This document shows, one piece after another, positions 21,222-30,942 of a stretch of 64,000 nt of DNA (positions are counted from its first letter, which is position 1; every line of letters starts with the position of its first letter). A program made the translations under genes and the position numbers. The notes under the pieces are model-generated. The model saw only the letters and a program-made list of their open reading frames with translations. It searched no databases and was not told where the DNA came from. Source of the DNA: Treponema sp. (GTDB lineage: Bacteria > Spirochaetota > Spirochaetia > Treponematales > Treponemataceae); the NCBI GenBank assembly GCA_017619795.1, contig JAFZRP010000110.1, positions 42,365 to 106,364 on the forward strand, in the 5' to 3' direction.

Positions 21222-21655
21222 GCCTGAAAGGACTAAGCTGTATCTTACAAGCCTTGAAATGTGAAAGATTTTCTAAAACACACCCAAAACAAATTGTAAA
21301 TTTAATAAACTTTTCGTTCTGTATTTTTAAATTATTTTTAATTTCTTCTTACATCAACTTTTTTCAATTAAAATCTTTTTTATCTATATCAACTTTTTTT
21401 AATATCCTACTTTCTTTTATTCCTCTTATTGCTAATATTTTTTTTAACCGAACTTTTTCTAACTGTCTTAATTCTATAATGAGTCAAGTCAGAAGTCTAT
21501 CAACTGCTAGTTGCATTTTTAAAGTTTTTTTACAATTTTTGAATATATTTATTCTGTTTTGCGGTTGCTATTGTTTTGTACTTGCCGATGGGCTGCAGTT
21601 TAACTATTATAGAAGGAGTGATAGGGGTTTATAGAAACAGGCTTAGGAGTTCTTA

Positions 21656-22255
21656 GTGTCTATTTTTTTAAAGGTTCTTTATATTCTTTTGATTTTTATT
21701 GGCTGCTTTATTGCGCTTATAACGCTGACCGATTTTAAGTATAAGTTCAGAGAATATATGGAAAACAGATCCAAAAAGCTTGAAGATAAGCTTGTAATTC
21801 TTGAGCGTGATTTCCAAAATCTTGAAAGGGAAGTGTTTGAAAAGGACTTTTATATTATCACAAAGTTTATGTCCAAGCAGGTTTCTAAAGGTCGAACCCC
21901 GGTAATTGAGCTGCATTTTGAAAACGAAAAGATAGTTTACAGAATTGTAGGCTATAAACATCACGTTTCTTTTGTCCGCTGTACTGTAAAAGAGAATCAG
22001 GAAGAATCTGACAAAAAATATATAGAAAGAAAACCGCCAAAAAGTATTTTTAACAGTAAAAAATGGCAGATGAAAAAACCAAAACCTACGGTTGAATTGG
22101 AAGAATCAGGAAAAATGGATTATAATAGTCTTGAAGAGTTGTTCTGTGCCGATCTGGTAGACGGAATCTGTCTGGAAAGAGACTGGAACAAGCTGGTTTT
22201 CTGGAGCATGGGAATTGGAATAGAAGATCAGCCTAAGAAAAATGATATTGTGTAG
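21656..22255 (+). CDS. Hypothetical protein with N-terminal TM anchor
   Basis: GTG start with AGGAG RBS; one TM helix then a charged domain; first gene of a tight operon. Confidence 0.65.
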   Translation: MSIFLKVLYILLIFIGCFIALITLTDFKYKFREYMENRSKKLEDKLVILERDFQNLEREVFEKDFYIITKFMSKQVSKGRTPVIELHFENEKIVYRIVGYKHHVSFVRCTVKENQEESDKKYIERKPPKSIFNSKKWQMKKPKPTVELEESGKMDYNSLEELFCADLVDGICLERDWNKLVFWSMGIGIEDQPKKNDIV

Positions 22256-22265
22256 GGGAAAGTCT

Positions 22266-23282
22266 ATGAAAAGCTTATTAAAAAAATCTTTTTTAACTGG
22301 AACATTTTTTACAATTGCAATATTTGCTGCTTCTCTGGTTTTTGTCGGCTGTTCAAAAAAATCAGATTATGCAAATGATTATGGTATAGCCGAACAGAAG
22401 ACCTTTTTTGGCGCTTCAAGCGGGTCGGGTGCAATGCCAACCATGTCAAAGAAAATGTCTGTTGCAAACAGAAGCATGGAAGCTCCCGCTATGAGCGACA
22501 GCTTTATTATGGCTGATTTTGATGACGCTGAAATGGAAATGGAAGAGGCTTTTTTTGACGAAGGAGCCGGAAACAGAGTTGCAGGAGCAGGCAGTACTAA
22601 GGAATATGAACGCAAGCTTATAAAAAATGGAAACGTTACCCTGCAGGTTCAGGATTTGTCGGAAGGTGAGTCTGCCGTTGAGAAATGGTGCAAGGAATTA
22701 AACGGCTACATAAGCTATTCAAGCAGCGATGAATATTCTGCCTATTTTACCGTAAAGATTCCGAGCGCAAGCTTTGACAAGGCTATGGAAAGCGTGGGCG
22801 ATTTTGGACAGGTTAAAAACCGAAACGTTTCAACACAGGATGTTTCCGAACAGTATTACGACCTTAAAACACGTCTCGAAACCAAAAAGATTCTTCAGGC
22901 AAACTTTAAGCAGTACCTGGAAAAAGCTTCCAATATCACTGATATTCTAAAAATTGAACGCGAGTTGAACAACGTAACCTCAGACATTGAATCTATGGAA
23001 GGTCAGCTCCGTCGTCTTTCTAATCAAATTGATTTTTCTACAATTTCTATAAACCTTATTCTGCCACAGGGAAAAACAGATCCTGTTATTCAGCCGCCGA
23101 CCTTTGGCGAGAGAGTCAGCCGCTTCTTTACACAGGTTAAAGATTTCTTTATGGGCGTGGCAAAAATCCTTCTTTATGCAGTAATTTGTGGCGTACCTTG
23201 TATTGCGTTCCTCATTTTCCTGTATTGGCTTTTGTTCGGAAAGCTTGGTTTACTTAAGAAGCTGTTTAAGAAATTAAAGTAA
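22266..23282 (+). CDS. DUF4349-domain lipoprotein
   Basis: Lipobox FVGC; RKLIKNGNVTL, DVSEQYYDL, IERELNNV..IESMEGQLR; C-terminal TM. Confidence 0.85.
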   Translation: MKSLLKKSFLTGTFFTIAIFAASLVFVGCSKKSDYANDYGIAEQKTFFGASSGSGAMPTMSKKMSVANRSMEAPAMSDSFIMADFDDAEMEMEEAFFDEGAGNRVAGAGSTKEYERKLIKNGNVTLQVQDLSEGESAVEKWCKELNGYISYSSSDEYSAYFTVKIPSASFDKAMESVGDFGQVKNRNVSTQDVSEQYYDLKTRLETKKILQANFKQYLEKASNITDILKIERELNNVTSDIESMEGQLRRLSNQIDFSTISINLILPQGKTDPVIQPPTFGERVSRFFTQVKDFFMGVAKILLYAVICGVPCIAFLIFLYWLLFGKLGLLKKLFKKLK

Positions 23283-23294
23283 TTTTTTTGTGGT

Positions 23295-24113
23295 ATGCAG
23301 TTATACATTGGTACAAGCGGTTACGATTATCCTGAATGGAAAGGGGAGTTTTATCCGCAGGATTTGAAAAGAGCAGATTTCCTCGCATACTATGCGACTA
23401 TTTTTAATGCGTTGGAGCTGAACTTTTCTTTTTACGGCATGCCTGTACCAGAAAAAATGCTCAGCTTTTACGAACGAACAGACGGAAAGGTTGTTTTCAG
23501 CGTAAAAGCAAATCAGCTGCTTACCCATAAAATTGACGGCAACTGGCGAAATTATGCAGAGGATTTTAAAAATGCAGTAAAACCGCTGCTGGAAAAAGGT
23601 GTTCTTGGAGCAGTTCTTTTTCAGTTTCCGGAAAGCTTTCACTATACAAAGGAAAACAGAATATATCTGGCAATGCTTGTTTCTGCTTTTGACGGGTTTC
23701 CTGTTGTGGTAGAGTTCCGTCATAAGGAATGGATTAAAGATACCGTTTTTATGGGACTGGAAAGTTATAAGGCAAGCCTCTGCTTTTGTGATATGCCGCG
23801 ACTGAAAAATCTGCCGGATGGAACATTGCTGGACGCTCCTTTTGTAGGAAATATAGCTTATGTGAGGCTGCACGGGAGAAATGCAGAGGCGTGGTATGCG
23901 TCGGAGCCGGAAACTGATTCCAACGGTTCGGAAAGATATAAGTACGATTATTCGGCGGATGAACTGGTGCAGTTTGTCCCTGTAATAAATACAGCCATAA
24001 ACGCGGGAAAAAAAGTGCATGTATATTTCAACAATCATCCCTGCGGATTTGGAGCAAAAAACGCTAAATTATTTAAAGAAATGATGCAATGGAGTAATCT
24101 TCAGCTTTTATAG
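23295..24113 (+). CDS. DUF72 (YecE-like) protein
   Basis: IGTSGYDYPEWKG.FYP, ELNFSFY, LFQFP, VEFRH, YVRLHGRN, YFNNH. Confidence 0.92.
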   Translation: MQLYIGTSGYDYPEWKGEFYPQDLKRADFLAYYATIFNALELNFSFYGMPVPEKMLSFYERTDGKVVFSVKANQLLTHKIDGNWRNYAEDFKNAVKPLLEKGVLGAVLFQFPESFHYTKENRIYLAMLVSAFDGFPVVVEFRHKEWIKDTVFMGLESYKASLCFCDMPRLKNLPDGTLLDAPFVGNIAYVRLHGRNAEAWYASEPETDSNGSERYKYDYSADELVQFVPVINTAINAGKKVHVYFNNHPCGFGAKNAKLFKEMMQWSNLQLL

Positions 24114-24123
24114 GAGGTAAAGT

Positions 24124-24738
24124 ATGAGTTGCGAAGTTTTTACAACAGTAAAATCGAATCTGGAGAAAAAGGGGTATGCTGTTTCCTGTTTTGACACAAA
24201 AGAAGCTGCCGCCGAGTATCTGAAACAGAGCATTAACGGAAAAACAGTTGGAATTGGTGGTTCTACAAGTGCGCAGCAGATGGATTTGTTCCACATTCTT
24301 AGTCAGAACAACACTGTTTATTCTCATGCTTATCTTCCGGAAGGAAAAACTGTAGCCGAAATAAGAGGGATCGCTTCAAAATCACAGATTTATATTTCTT
24401 CGGTAAATGGTATTGCAGAAACCGGCGAACTTGTAAACATTGATCATACCGGCAACCGCCTTGCAGGAACCTTGTATGGGCCGGAGAAGGTTTATTTCAT
24501 CATCGGAAATCAGAAAATTACAAAAAACCTGGACGAAGCAGTTCATTATGCAAGAAATGTTGCTTCTCCAAAGAATGCGCAGAGATTGAATAGAAAAACT
24601 CCGTGTGCCGTAAAGGGGGACAAGTGTTATGACTGTAACAGTAGCCAGAGGATTTGTCGCGCCCTTTGTATTTTCCTGGAAAAACCAGCCGGCTGTGAGT
24701 ATGAAGTAATTCTTGTTGATGAAGAGCTTGGATACTAG
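24124..24738 (+). CDS. Lactate utilisation (LUD-domain) protein
   Basis: GIGGSTS, SSVNGIAETGELVNIDHTGNR, TPCAVKGDKCYDCNSSQRIC. Confidence 0.85.
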   Translation: MSCEVFTTVKSNLEKKGYAVSCFDTKEAAAEYLKQSINGKTVGIGGSTSAQQMDLFHILSQNNTVYSHAYLPEGKTVAEIRGIASKSQIYISSVNGIAETGELVNIDHTGNRLAGTLYGPEKVYFIIGNQKITKNLDEAVHYARNVASPKNAQRLNRKTPCAVKGDKCYDCNSSQRICRALCIFLEKPAGCEYEVILVDEELGY

Positions 24739-24744
24739 GTTGTG

Positions 24745-25857
24745 ATGAAAAATAAACGTTTTTTTCTGGGATTGATTTTGCTTGTATTCTCTGTGTGCTT
24801 ACAATTTGTGTGGGCAGAAGAAAAGGCTGAAGAGCAGGTGATTGGTCCAGTTTTAACTAAAATTGGTTCGTACAAGTGTGGAAAACAGCCAAAGCAGGTG
24901 CTTTTTTCGCCAGACAGTAAGTACATTATCATGCCGCTTTTAGCAGACACTGGCTTTGATATTTTCAGCGTTGCAGAAAAGAAAATTACAAAACGAATAA
25001 CTCCGCCTGATTCAAAGCAGACTGGCTTTGCGGAGGGGCTTTTTGTTCCCGAAAAAAACGCTTTTTTTGTTTCTCAGATGACTACCGGTAAACTGCACGA
25101 GTATTCTTACCCCGGTTTTGAATATAAAAGATCCATTTCAACCGAAGCGGAATGGTCAAAGTTTATTGCGTGGTCTCCGGAAAAACAGATTCTGGCGGTT
25201 TCTAACTGGATTTCCAACACTATCTCTATAATTGATTATGAAACAGGAACCGTTCAGAGGCAGATTTCTACCGCAGCGGCTCCTCGCGGGCTTTATTTTA
25301 TAAACAGCGGGAAAGAAATAATCTCGCTTGCGTTTGATGGTGGTAAAATTGAAAAGTTTGATGTTGATACGGGAAAGCTTCTGGACAAAATCACCATTTC
25401 TAAGAGTGCAATGCGCCACATTGTTGTGAACAAGGCAGAAACAAATGCTTATATCAGCGACATGTATTTTAAGACTGTGTATGATGTTGATTTGGCCACC
25501 TTTGCTATCTCTAAGCAGATAAAGGTTTTTAATAACCCGAATACTATTGATTTATACGCCGACCGCTGGCTTTTTGTTTCTTGCAGAGGACCAAATAACC
25601 CCGAAGATTATACAAAGCGGAGTCCAAAAAACGGGCAAATATACATCATCGACACTAACGATATGACAGAGTTGACTCATTTTGAAGGCGGAAACCAACC
25701 GACCGGTCTAGACATTTCTCCGGATGGCCGTTTTTTGTGTTTTTCTAACTTTCAGGACAGAAACATTGAGCTTTATTCGATTGAGCTTGGAAAACTTGAA
25801 GAAAAGTCTGCGGAAACAGAAAACGCTCAAACTTCATCATCAGAAGCTAAAAAATAA
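24745..25857 (+). CDS. Secreted YncE/WD40-like beta-propeller protein
   Basis: Signal peptide; repeated blades QPKQVLFSPD, PRGLYF, NPNTIDL, QPTGLDISPDG. Confidence 0.8.
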   Translation: MKNKRFFLGLILLVFSVCLQFVWAEEKAEEQVIGPVLTKIGSYKCGKQPKQVLFSPDSKYIIMPLLADTGFDIFSVAEKKITKRITPPDSKQTGFAEGLFVPEKNAFFVSQMTTGKLHEYSYPGFEYKRSISTEAEWSKFIAWSPEKQILAVSNWISNTISIIDYETGTVQRQISTAAAPRGLYFINSGKEIISLAFDGGKIEKFDVDTGKLLDKITISKSAMRHIVVNKAETNAYISDMYFKTVYDVDLATFAISKQIKVFNNPNTIDLYADRWLFVSCRGPNNPEDYTKRSPKNGQIYIIDTNDMTELTHFEGGNQPTGLDISPDGRFLCFSNFQDRNIELYSIELGKLEEKSAETENAQTSSSEAKK

Positions 25858-26501
25858 TTTGTAAACTCCTTTAGTGAAGGGAAGATTTTGTTACACAGAG
25901 GTTTAATTTCTTCCGTCGGTTGAATCTTATCGGGAATCATTACAGTAAAAAGTCCTGCGGCACTGGCACTCTTTACACCATTTGTGCTGTCTTCTACCGC
26001 AACACATTCCTTTGGATCCAGACCAATAGACTTACACGCCATAAGATAGATTTCCGGATCCGGCTTACTGTGAACTACCTGTTCGCCGGTGGTGAGAGTT
26101 TCGAAAAAATTAAGCAAACCGTTTGCAGAAAGCTCACTTCGAACATCATCACCTTTTGTAGAAGAGGCGAGTGCAATCTTGTATTTAGGCTTCAACAAAG
26201 ACAAAGCTTCCTGTGCATACGGCATAAGCGGAATGCCTTTTGTGCGGGCAATTTCGTCAAAATAAACACCTGTGCGGGCGAGAAAGCCGTTTGCATCAAA
26301 ATCCTGGCCGTAAATGTTAGTAAGCTTTATTAAGATGTCATGTTTATTAGACCCTCGGCAGGAATTAAGAATGTCAATTGTCATTTTTATATTAAAATCC
26401 ACGGCAGCTTTTTCCCAGACAATGTCCGAAATGCTTTCTGAATCGATAATTACGCCGTCCATATCAAAAATTATAGCTTTGAACTGTTCTGCTTTTATCA
26501 T
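25827..26501 (-). CDS. HAD-superfamily phosphatase (beta-phosphoglucomutase-like)
   Basis: FDMDGVIIDSE, LASS, KPDPEIY, VEDSTNG. Confidence 0.92.
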   Translation of the reverse strand: MIKAEQFKAIIFDMDGVIIDSESISDIVWEKAAVDFNIKMTIDILNSCRGSNKHDILIKLTNIYGQDFDANGFLARTGVYFDEIARTKGIPLMPYAQEALSLLKPKYKIALASSTKGDDVRSELSANGLLNFFETLTTGEQVVHSKPDPEIYLMACKSIGLDPKECVAVEDSTNGVKSASAAGLFTVMIPDKIQPTEEIKPLCNKIFPSLKEFTNYFLASDDEV

Positions 26502-26645
26502 AATATCGCAAATATATTTTATTAGGTGACTTTTGGCAACCATTCGGACAATTGAACCATCATTTTTCTAACATTTTTTTGATTTTTTTAAATGTTCAGT
26601 TATAATGATATAATAAACAAACTAAATAAAAAGTGGAGACTTGGA

Positions 26646-28460
26646 ATGTTTTTAGTAAGCGGCAAAAGAAAGTTCCTCCTTGATTTTGACAGCGTTGGAG
26701 CTCAAGACGGCTGGCTTAATATGAGGCTTATTCTTATTGACGGTGACAAAAAGTTCGAAGCTGTTGAACCGGTTTTGCAGCTGAATGAGTTTTCCGAGCT
26801 TTCAAAGTGGTTTGTTTCTGTAATTGAACGTCCTTTTAAGAATATAGAAAAGACAAAGTTTAATAGACCGGAGCTTTGTTTTGAGTTTTCTCCCGAAAAG
26901 TTTGATATTGAAAGAGGAAGTTTCCTGCGAGTAACCTTTGCAGGAGAGTTTTTTCCTGATTTTATGGAAGAAGGGGATGATGCTTCTGCGTTAGCTTCTG
27001 GTAGTGAAAAAAGTTGTTATGTTTTTGAAGGTTATTTTCCAAGACCTCAACTTACTAATTTTTTGCGTCATTTAAAAATTGAAAATCATATTGCACGGTC
27101 TGCCTGCGACGGACAGCCGTATCCTCCAAATTCACCGGGCAGAAAGTTCAGAGAGTTTCTTTTTTATAATTATGAAAATCCTGATTACGAATATTTGCAG
27201 GATAATTTCTTTCTTGATGAAGTTGAAAAAAATCTGGATTCTATTGAAAAATCATATAAGCTGATGGAAGAAGACGGGCAGGTGAATCAAAACAGCCTTA
27301 ATTTTATTTCTGTTATGGCAAGTCAGCGTACAAATCTTTTTGAAGAGGCACTTTCTAAGCTGCTCAAGGTTGCTGCCATTCCGTATTCTGCCTGGTATAT
27401 GGTTTACGATGTGTTGGGAAAATCGGCACTTTATTACAAGCTTTATGCACCGGCGATTGAAATCTTTACTCAGGGAATGAAAACAGCCAGAAAGGTTGGA
27501 GATGAAGAGCATTTATCGGTGTATAAAAAATTGTTTGATCAAGCACTGGGCGGTTTTATTGAGCTTTGTAAAGCTTCCTTTAAGGCGGCTGGAATAGATT
27601 CCTTGAGCCAAAATGTGCTTACATCAATGCTGCCGCTTGCATTTTACCTTTATTCGGAGCATGGGGCCACCGTATTTGATAAAATGGGAACCTTCCAGCT
27701 TATTCACGAAAGTGTGGTACATCGTTCAACTACGGAAGATAAATATGTTTTGACGGTGGGCTCCTGTATTCTATGTGCAATTATTATACAGCTTATTATT
27801 GGAAATCCTCTTTTTAATGACTGTCTGGAAGTTGTTCAAAAGCAAATGCGAAAGTTTATTCGTTCTTATCAGCAGTTTTTTCCACAGGATAGCTCGGGTT
27901 ATTCAGCTGCATCTGAAAAGTTCAGACCTATTTTTTCCAAAGATTTTGCCAACACAGGTAAAAAAGAGCAGCCCGAAGTTTTTGATTTGCTTTCCTTTAT
28001 GGATTCAGATGGGGCTGATTCGGCTGGGGTAACTGATTCATCCACAGGTATGTTTGGGGCAACTAACTCTACAGGGGCAATTGGTTCTGCGAGTAGCACT
28101 GATTCCACGGGCGAGGATTTTGTTGCTTCTGTTACATCATCAGATTCAAAAATTGTATCTGCGCTTGAGATTGCCATCTGGTGTAATTTGAACTTTCAGG
28201 ATTTTGATGAGTGTGTTTCTATGGCAAGCAAAATGGTTCAGAAGGAAGAGTTTGCCGATGAAGATGCAGTCGAAGTTACAAGGATGATTGCGTTTTTTGG
28301 GAGTGTGGGGGAGAAAAAGGAAAACACTTGTGGTGGCGAGACGGTTGGTGCTGAAGCTGGTGCAACAGAATCAGGGGCTACTGAAAGCGGGAAGAAATCG
28401 TATTCAGAGAGTATGGCGCGAATTGTGGAAAGCAATTTGAGAAGGATGATTGAGGTGTAG
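26646..28460 (+). CDS. Hypothetical multidomain protein: possible immunity-like N-terminus, TPR-like helices, degenerate ADP-ribosylglycohydrolase-like C-terminus
   Basis: SQNVLTSMLPLAFY and IVSALEIAIWC..FQDFDECVSMA echo ARH motifs NGSLMRILPLA and VVDTLEAALWC..SFEEAVL; Ser/Gly/Thr low-complexity inserts. Confidence 0.5.
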   Translation: MFLVSGKRKFLLDFDSVGAQDGWLNMRLILIDGDKKFEAVEPVLQLNEFSELSKWFVSVIERPFKNIEKTKFNRPELCFEFSPEKFDIERGSFLRVTFAGEFFPDFMEEGDDASALASGSEKSCYVFEGYFPRPQLTNFLRHLKIENHIARSACDGQPYPPNSPGRKFREFLFYNYENPDYEYLQDNFFLDEVEKNLDSIEKSYKLMEEDGQVNQNSLNFISVMASQRTNLFEEALSKLLKVAAIPYSAWYMVYDVLGKSALYYKLYAPAIEIFTQGMKTARKVGDEEHLSVYKKLFDQALGGFIELCKASFKAAGIDSLSQNVLTSMLPLAFYLYSEHGATVFDKMGTFQLIHESVVHRSTTEDKYVLTVGSCILCAIIIQLIIGNPLFNDCLEVVQKQMRKFIRSYQQFFPQDSSGYSAASEKFRPIFSKDFANTGKKEQPEVFDLLSFMDSDGADSAGVTDSSTGMFGATNSTGAIGSASSTDSTGEDFVASVTSSDSKIVSALEIAIWCNLNFQDFDECVSMASKMVQKEEFADEDAVEVTRMIAFFGSVGEKKENTCGGETVGAEAGATESGATESGKKSYSESMARIVESNLRRMIEV

Positions 28461-28541
28461 GGGAAATGAAAAAAATGGACAGAAAATTATGTTGTTGATT
28501 TCTGAAATCTGAGCTTATCCCCCAAGATAATCCCCCAGAAA

Positions 28542-28916
28542 ATGATGTTATTCCCAAGGATTTTCAAGAAAGGAAAACCGTTGTATAAAATAGACAGATA
28601 TATAGATGGTAAATACAAGGGCAATGATCCGATTGGCGACCTTATGCATGACTTTCATTGCAAAAAGGCCGATGATATGAAAAACAAAATTCTGGCAGAA
28701 AGAGCCAGATACCTCAAGGAAAACGAAAAGGGGGTTAATCATATGTGTAGAATTATGGAAGATTTTGCAAAAGAAGAAAGAAAGGAAAGAGATATTGAAG
28801 TTGCTACAAAAATACTTGAAAAAGGCGAAATGTCTGAAGAACGCGTAAAAGAATTATTTAATCTCACTGATAAGCAAATAAAAGCAATCAAAAAAAAGGT
28901 TGCTGTGCTGGCGTAG
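28542..28916 (+). pseudogene. C-terminal fragment of an Rpn / PD-(D/E)XK transposase-like nuclease; internal RBS + ATG at 28743 could give an RpnS-like 57-aa protein
   Basis: YKGNDPIGDLMHDF.C...DM...LAERARYLKENEKGVNHMCRIME is typical of this family's C-terminus; nuclease domain absent; GGGGG RBS before the MCRIME start. Confidence 0.7.
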
Positions 28917-28920
28917 TTTT

Positions 28921-29049
28921 ATGAGTCGAATCATGGAAGAATTCCTTAAAGAGGTAAGGGAAGAAGAAAGAAACAAAACAACAATTAAAATGGCGGCAAT
29001 ACTTCTTGAAAGCGGAAAAATGACAGAAGAACGCATTAAGGAATTATAA
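28921..29049 (+). CDS. Second RpnS-like C-terminal module, MSRIMEEFLKEVREEERNKTTIKMAAILLESGKMTEERIKEL (42 aa)
   Basis: Translated by hand; clear paralogue of MCRIMEDFAKEERKERDIEVATKILEKGEMSEERVKEL. Confidence 0.6.
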   Translation: MSRIMEEFLKEVREEERNKTTIKMAAILLESGKMTEERIKEL

Positions 29050-29089
29050 ATGCCTCTATAAAAAACAAATTTTATGTTATAATAAAAAA

Positions 29090-29887
29090 ATGAAGAATAA
29101 ACGGAAAAGAATAAAGAAAAATGATTATAAAATCTTATATTTTCTGTTAATTATTTTAATTTCAGTCGTAATAATCATAAAAGATACAATCCTTTACTTT
29201 TATGATACTTTAAAAGAACAATGGAATAATCTAGAAAACCCAACAATTAAAATTTTTATAGTTGTATTATTAATTTCTTTAATTATCCTGTTCATTATTC
29301 TTATTACAAGGAAAAATAAAAAAAAGAAATCACAAAAGCTCGAAGAAGAAAAGAAACTGGAAGAAGAAAAAAGAATACTAAATAAAGAAATAGATGAGTT
29401 TTGGAAAAAACAGGAACTATCTATAAAAATGGCTAAACAAAAAGTTATAAGTGAAGCTTTCAAAGCTCATGAACGCCAATTGATGCAAGAGCAGGAAGAA
29501 TTAAAAAAACAATACCAGTATGGTTATAGAGATGATATGACCGGTTATGAATACGAACAATATTGTGCAAAACTCTTTAAATGTTATGGATGGGAAGCAG
29601 AAGTTACACCCAAGTCTGGCGATTTCGGCGTAGATGTAATAGCCAAAAAGAATGGTATTAAAATTGTTGCTCAATGTAAAAAATGGAATGGAAATGTCGG
29701 CTTTAATGCTGTAAAAGAAGTTTTTACAGGAAAAACAATCAACAAAGCCGATTATGCAATAGTTATTACAAATAGCAATTTTTCACAAGCTGCCAAAAAG
29801 GGTGCAAAAGATACGGGAGTAATTCTTATTAAACATTCCGAATTAGAAGATTGCTTAAATGGTTTACTACGATATGAGAACAAATAA
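29090..29887 (+). CDS. Membrane-anchored Mrr_cat-family restriction endonuclease
   Basis: Two N-terminal TM helices; MTGYEYEQYCA.LF, TPKSGDFGVDVIA, AQCK, VITNSNF; very AT-rich. Confidence 0.85.
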   Translation: MKNKRKRIKKNDYKILYFLLIILISVVIIIKDTILYFYDTLKEQWNNLENPTIKIFIVVLLISLIILFIILITRKNKKKKSQKLEEEKKLEEEKRILNKEIDEFWKKQELSIKMAKQKVISEAFKAHERQLMQEQEELKKQYQYGYRDDMTGYEYEQYCAKLFKCYGWEAEVTPKSGDFGVDVIAKKNGIKIVAQCKKWNGNVGFNAVKEVFTGKTINKADYAIVITNSNFSQAAKKGAKDTGVILIKHSELEDCLNGLLRYENK

Positions 29888-29957
29888 TCAGAGGGCTCCT
29901 TTAATGAGCTATTTGTAAGATAATTTAGCTAATAAACCAGTTTTTTCTATTGTGAGG

Positions 29958-30278
29958 TCATAGGTTATTTGTAGCGTATTTTTTTGGATTTATCTTTTGA
30001 TAAGCATTGTCAAAGTTGTTAATTTTGACTGTAGCTATAAGAGAATTCCAAGATACAAGGAATATACATTCAATGTTATCATTAATATTCCCCCATTCTT
30101 TTCTTGTGTAAAAAACATTTGTTATTTTATTATCTATACAGAAACGTGTAAACTCATCAAAATCTATAAATTCTATATGACGACTTTTGTCAAAATCATA
30201 ATCATTTAAATAATAACAACTAATACCTTGCTGCATTAATTGTTCAACACACCCTTTTATTGATACTAATTCCCTCAT
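29958..30278 (-). CDS. Small AT-rich hypothetical protein
   Basis: 106-aa ORF with AAGGAG upstream; no recognisable motif. Confidence 0.5.
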   Translation of the reverse strand: MRELVSIKGCVEQLMQQGISCYYLNDYDFDKSRHIEFIDFDEFTRFCIDNKITNVFYTRKEWGNINDNIECIFLVSWNSLIATVKINNFDNAYQKINPKKYATNNL

Positions 30279-30480
30279 TTTTCATACTCCTTTTATATAT
30301 AGATTAAAGGCATTCACTCTTAAAAGCAATTTTTTTTTATTTCTTACACAATATGTAAATTATCTTACCTACCTGTTAATAATTATTACCATTCTGTAAT
30401 GTAATCCTCCTATAAACTATACCCATGATGATTCAGGAAAAGAGCTGCAAACTGACTGTGGCAAAAAGACGGTTACTATT

Positions 30481-30505
30481 GGGTGGGGACAATTTGTCCC
30501 CACCC
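30481..30505. repeat. Perfect GC-rich inverted repeat GGGTGGGGACAA-T-TTGTCCCCACCC
   Basis: 12-bp arms read directly, in otherwise AT-rich DNA. Confidence 0.8.
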
Positions 30506-30678
30506 TGTTGACTGAACATACATAAAGAAACAACGTTTTAGCGGGCGGTGAAAGGGTATAATAACTAAAAGTTATATAATTATATTTGAATTTCCCAAAA
30601 TGAAAAAAAATTGATTTACTGAACTAATGCTTTACAAACGCTATAAAATGCTTTACTATTAGAATAGGAAGTAAAACT

Positions 30679-30939
30679 ATGGCACAGTCAATGATAAATA
30701 TTAGAATGGATACGGATGAAAAAAAATCATTCGAAGAGGTATGTAATCAGCTTGGACTCACAATTACAGCGGCTTTTAAAATGTTTGCCAAGAAAGTTGT
30801 ACGCGAAAAAAGAATTCCTTTTGATCTGAGCTTGGATCCATTTTATTCTGAAAGCAACATGAAACACCTTGAAAAAGTAACCAGCGAAATTGACAGTGGA
30901 AAAGCAAAGCTTTCAGAACATGAATTAGCAAAGGTGTAG
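30679..30939 (+). CDS. RelB/DinJ family type II antitoxin
   Basis: INIRMDTDEKKSFE.VC.QLGLTITAAF.MFAKKVVREKRIPF, DPFYSESN; promoter TTTACA-N17-TACTAT upstream. Confidence 0.9.
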   Translation: MAQSMINIRMDTDEKKSFEEVCNQLGLTITAAFKMFAKKVVREKRIPFDLSLDPFYSESNMKHLEKVTSEIDSGKAKLSEHELAKV

Positions 30940-30942
30940 CCG

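Noticed and set aside
21470-21500. c-di-GMP-II-like word ACTTGACTCATT on the minus strand
   Set aside because: The flanking conserved stems and GUGCAACC element are absent
21254-21634. 126-aa + strand ORF
   Set aside because: TTG start, Phe/Ile/Leu-biased product typical of T-rich intergenic DNA, no RBS
23301-24038. 245-aa antisense ORF (similarly 39550-40137 and many short track ORFs)
   Set aside because: Shadow frames of well-supported genes on the opposite strand, with no motifs or RBS
25827-25857. Convergent 3' overlaps (also 19225-19241, 36263-36303, 51413-51418, 56809-56812)
   Set aside because: Short tail-to-tail overlaps are common in compact genomes and give no specific evidence of antisense regulation
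28010-28400. Ser/Gly/Thr/Ala repeats in the 26646-28460 gene as a diversity-generating or VNTR system
   Set aside because: Degenerate low-complexity linkers only; no template/variable repeat pair or reverse transcriptase
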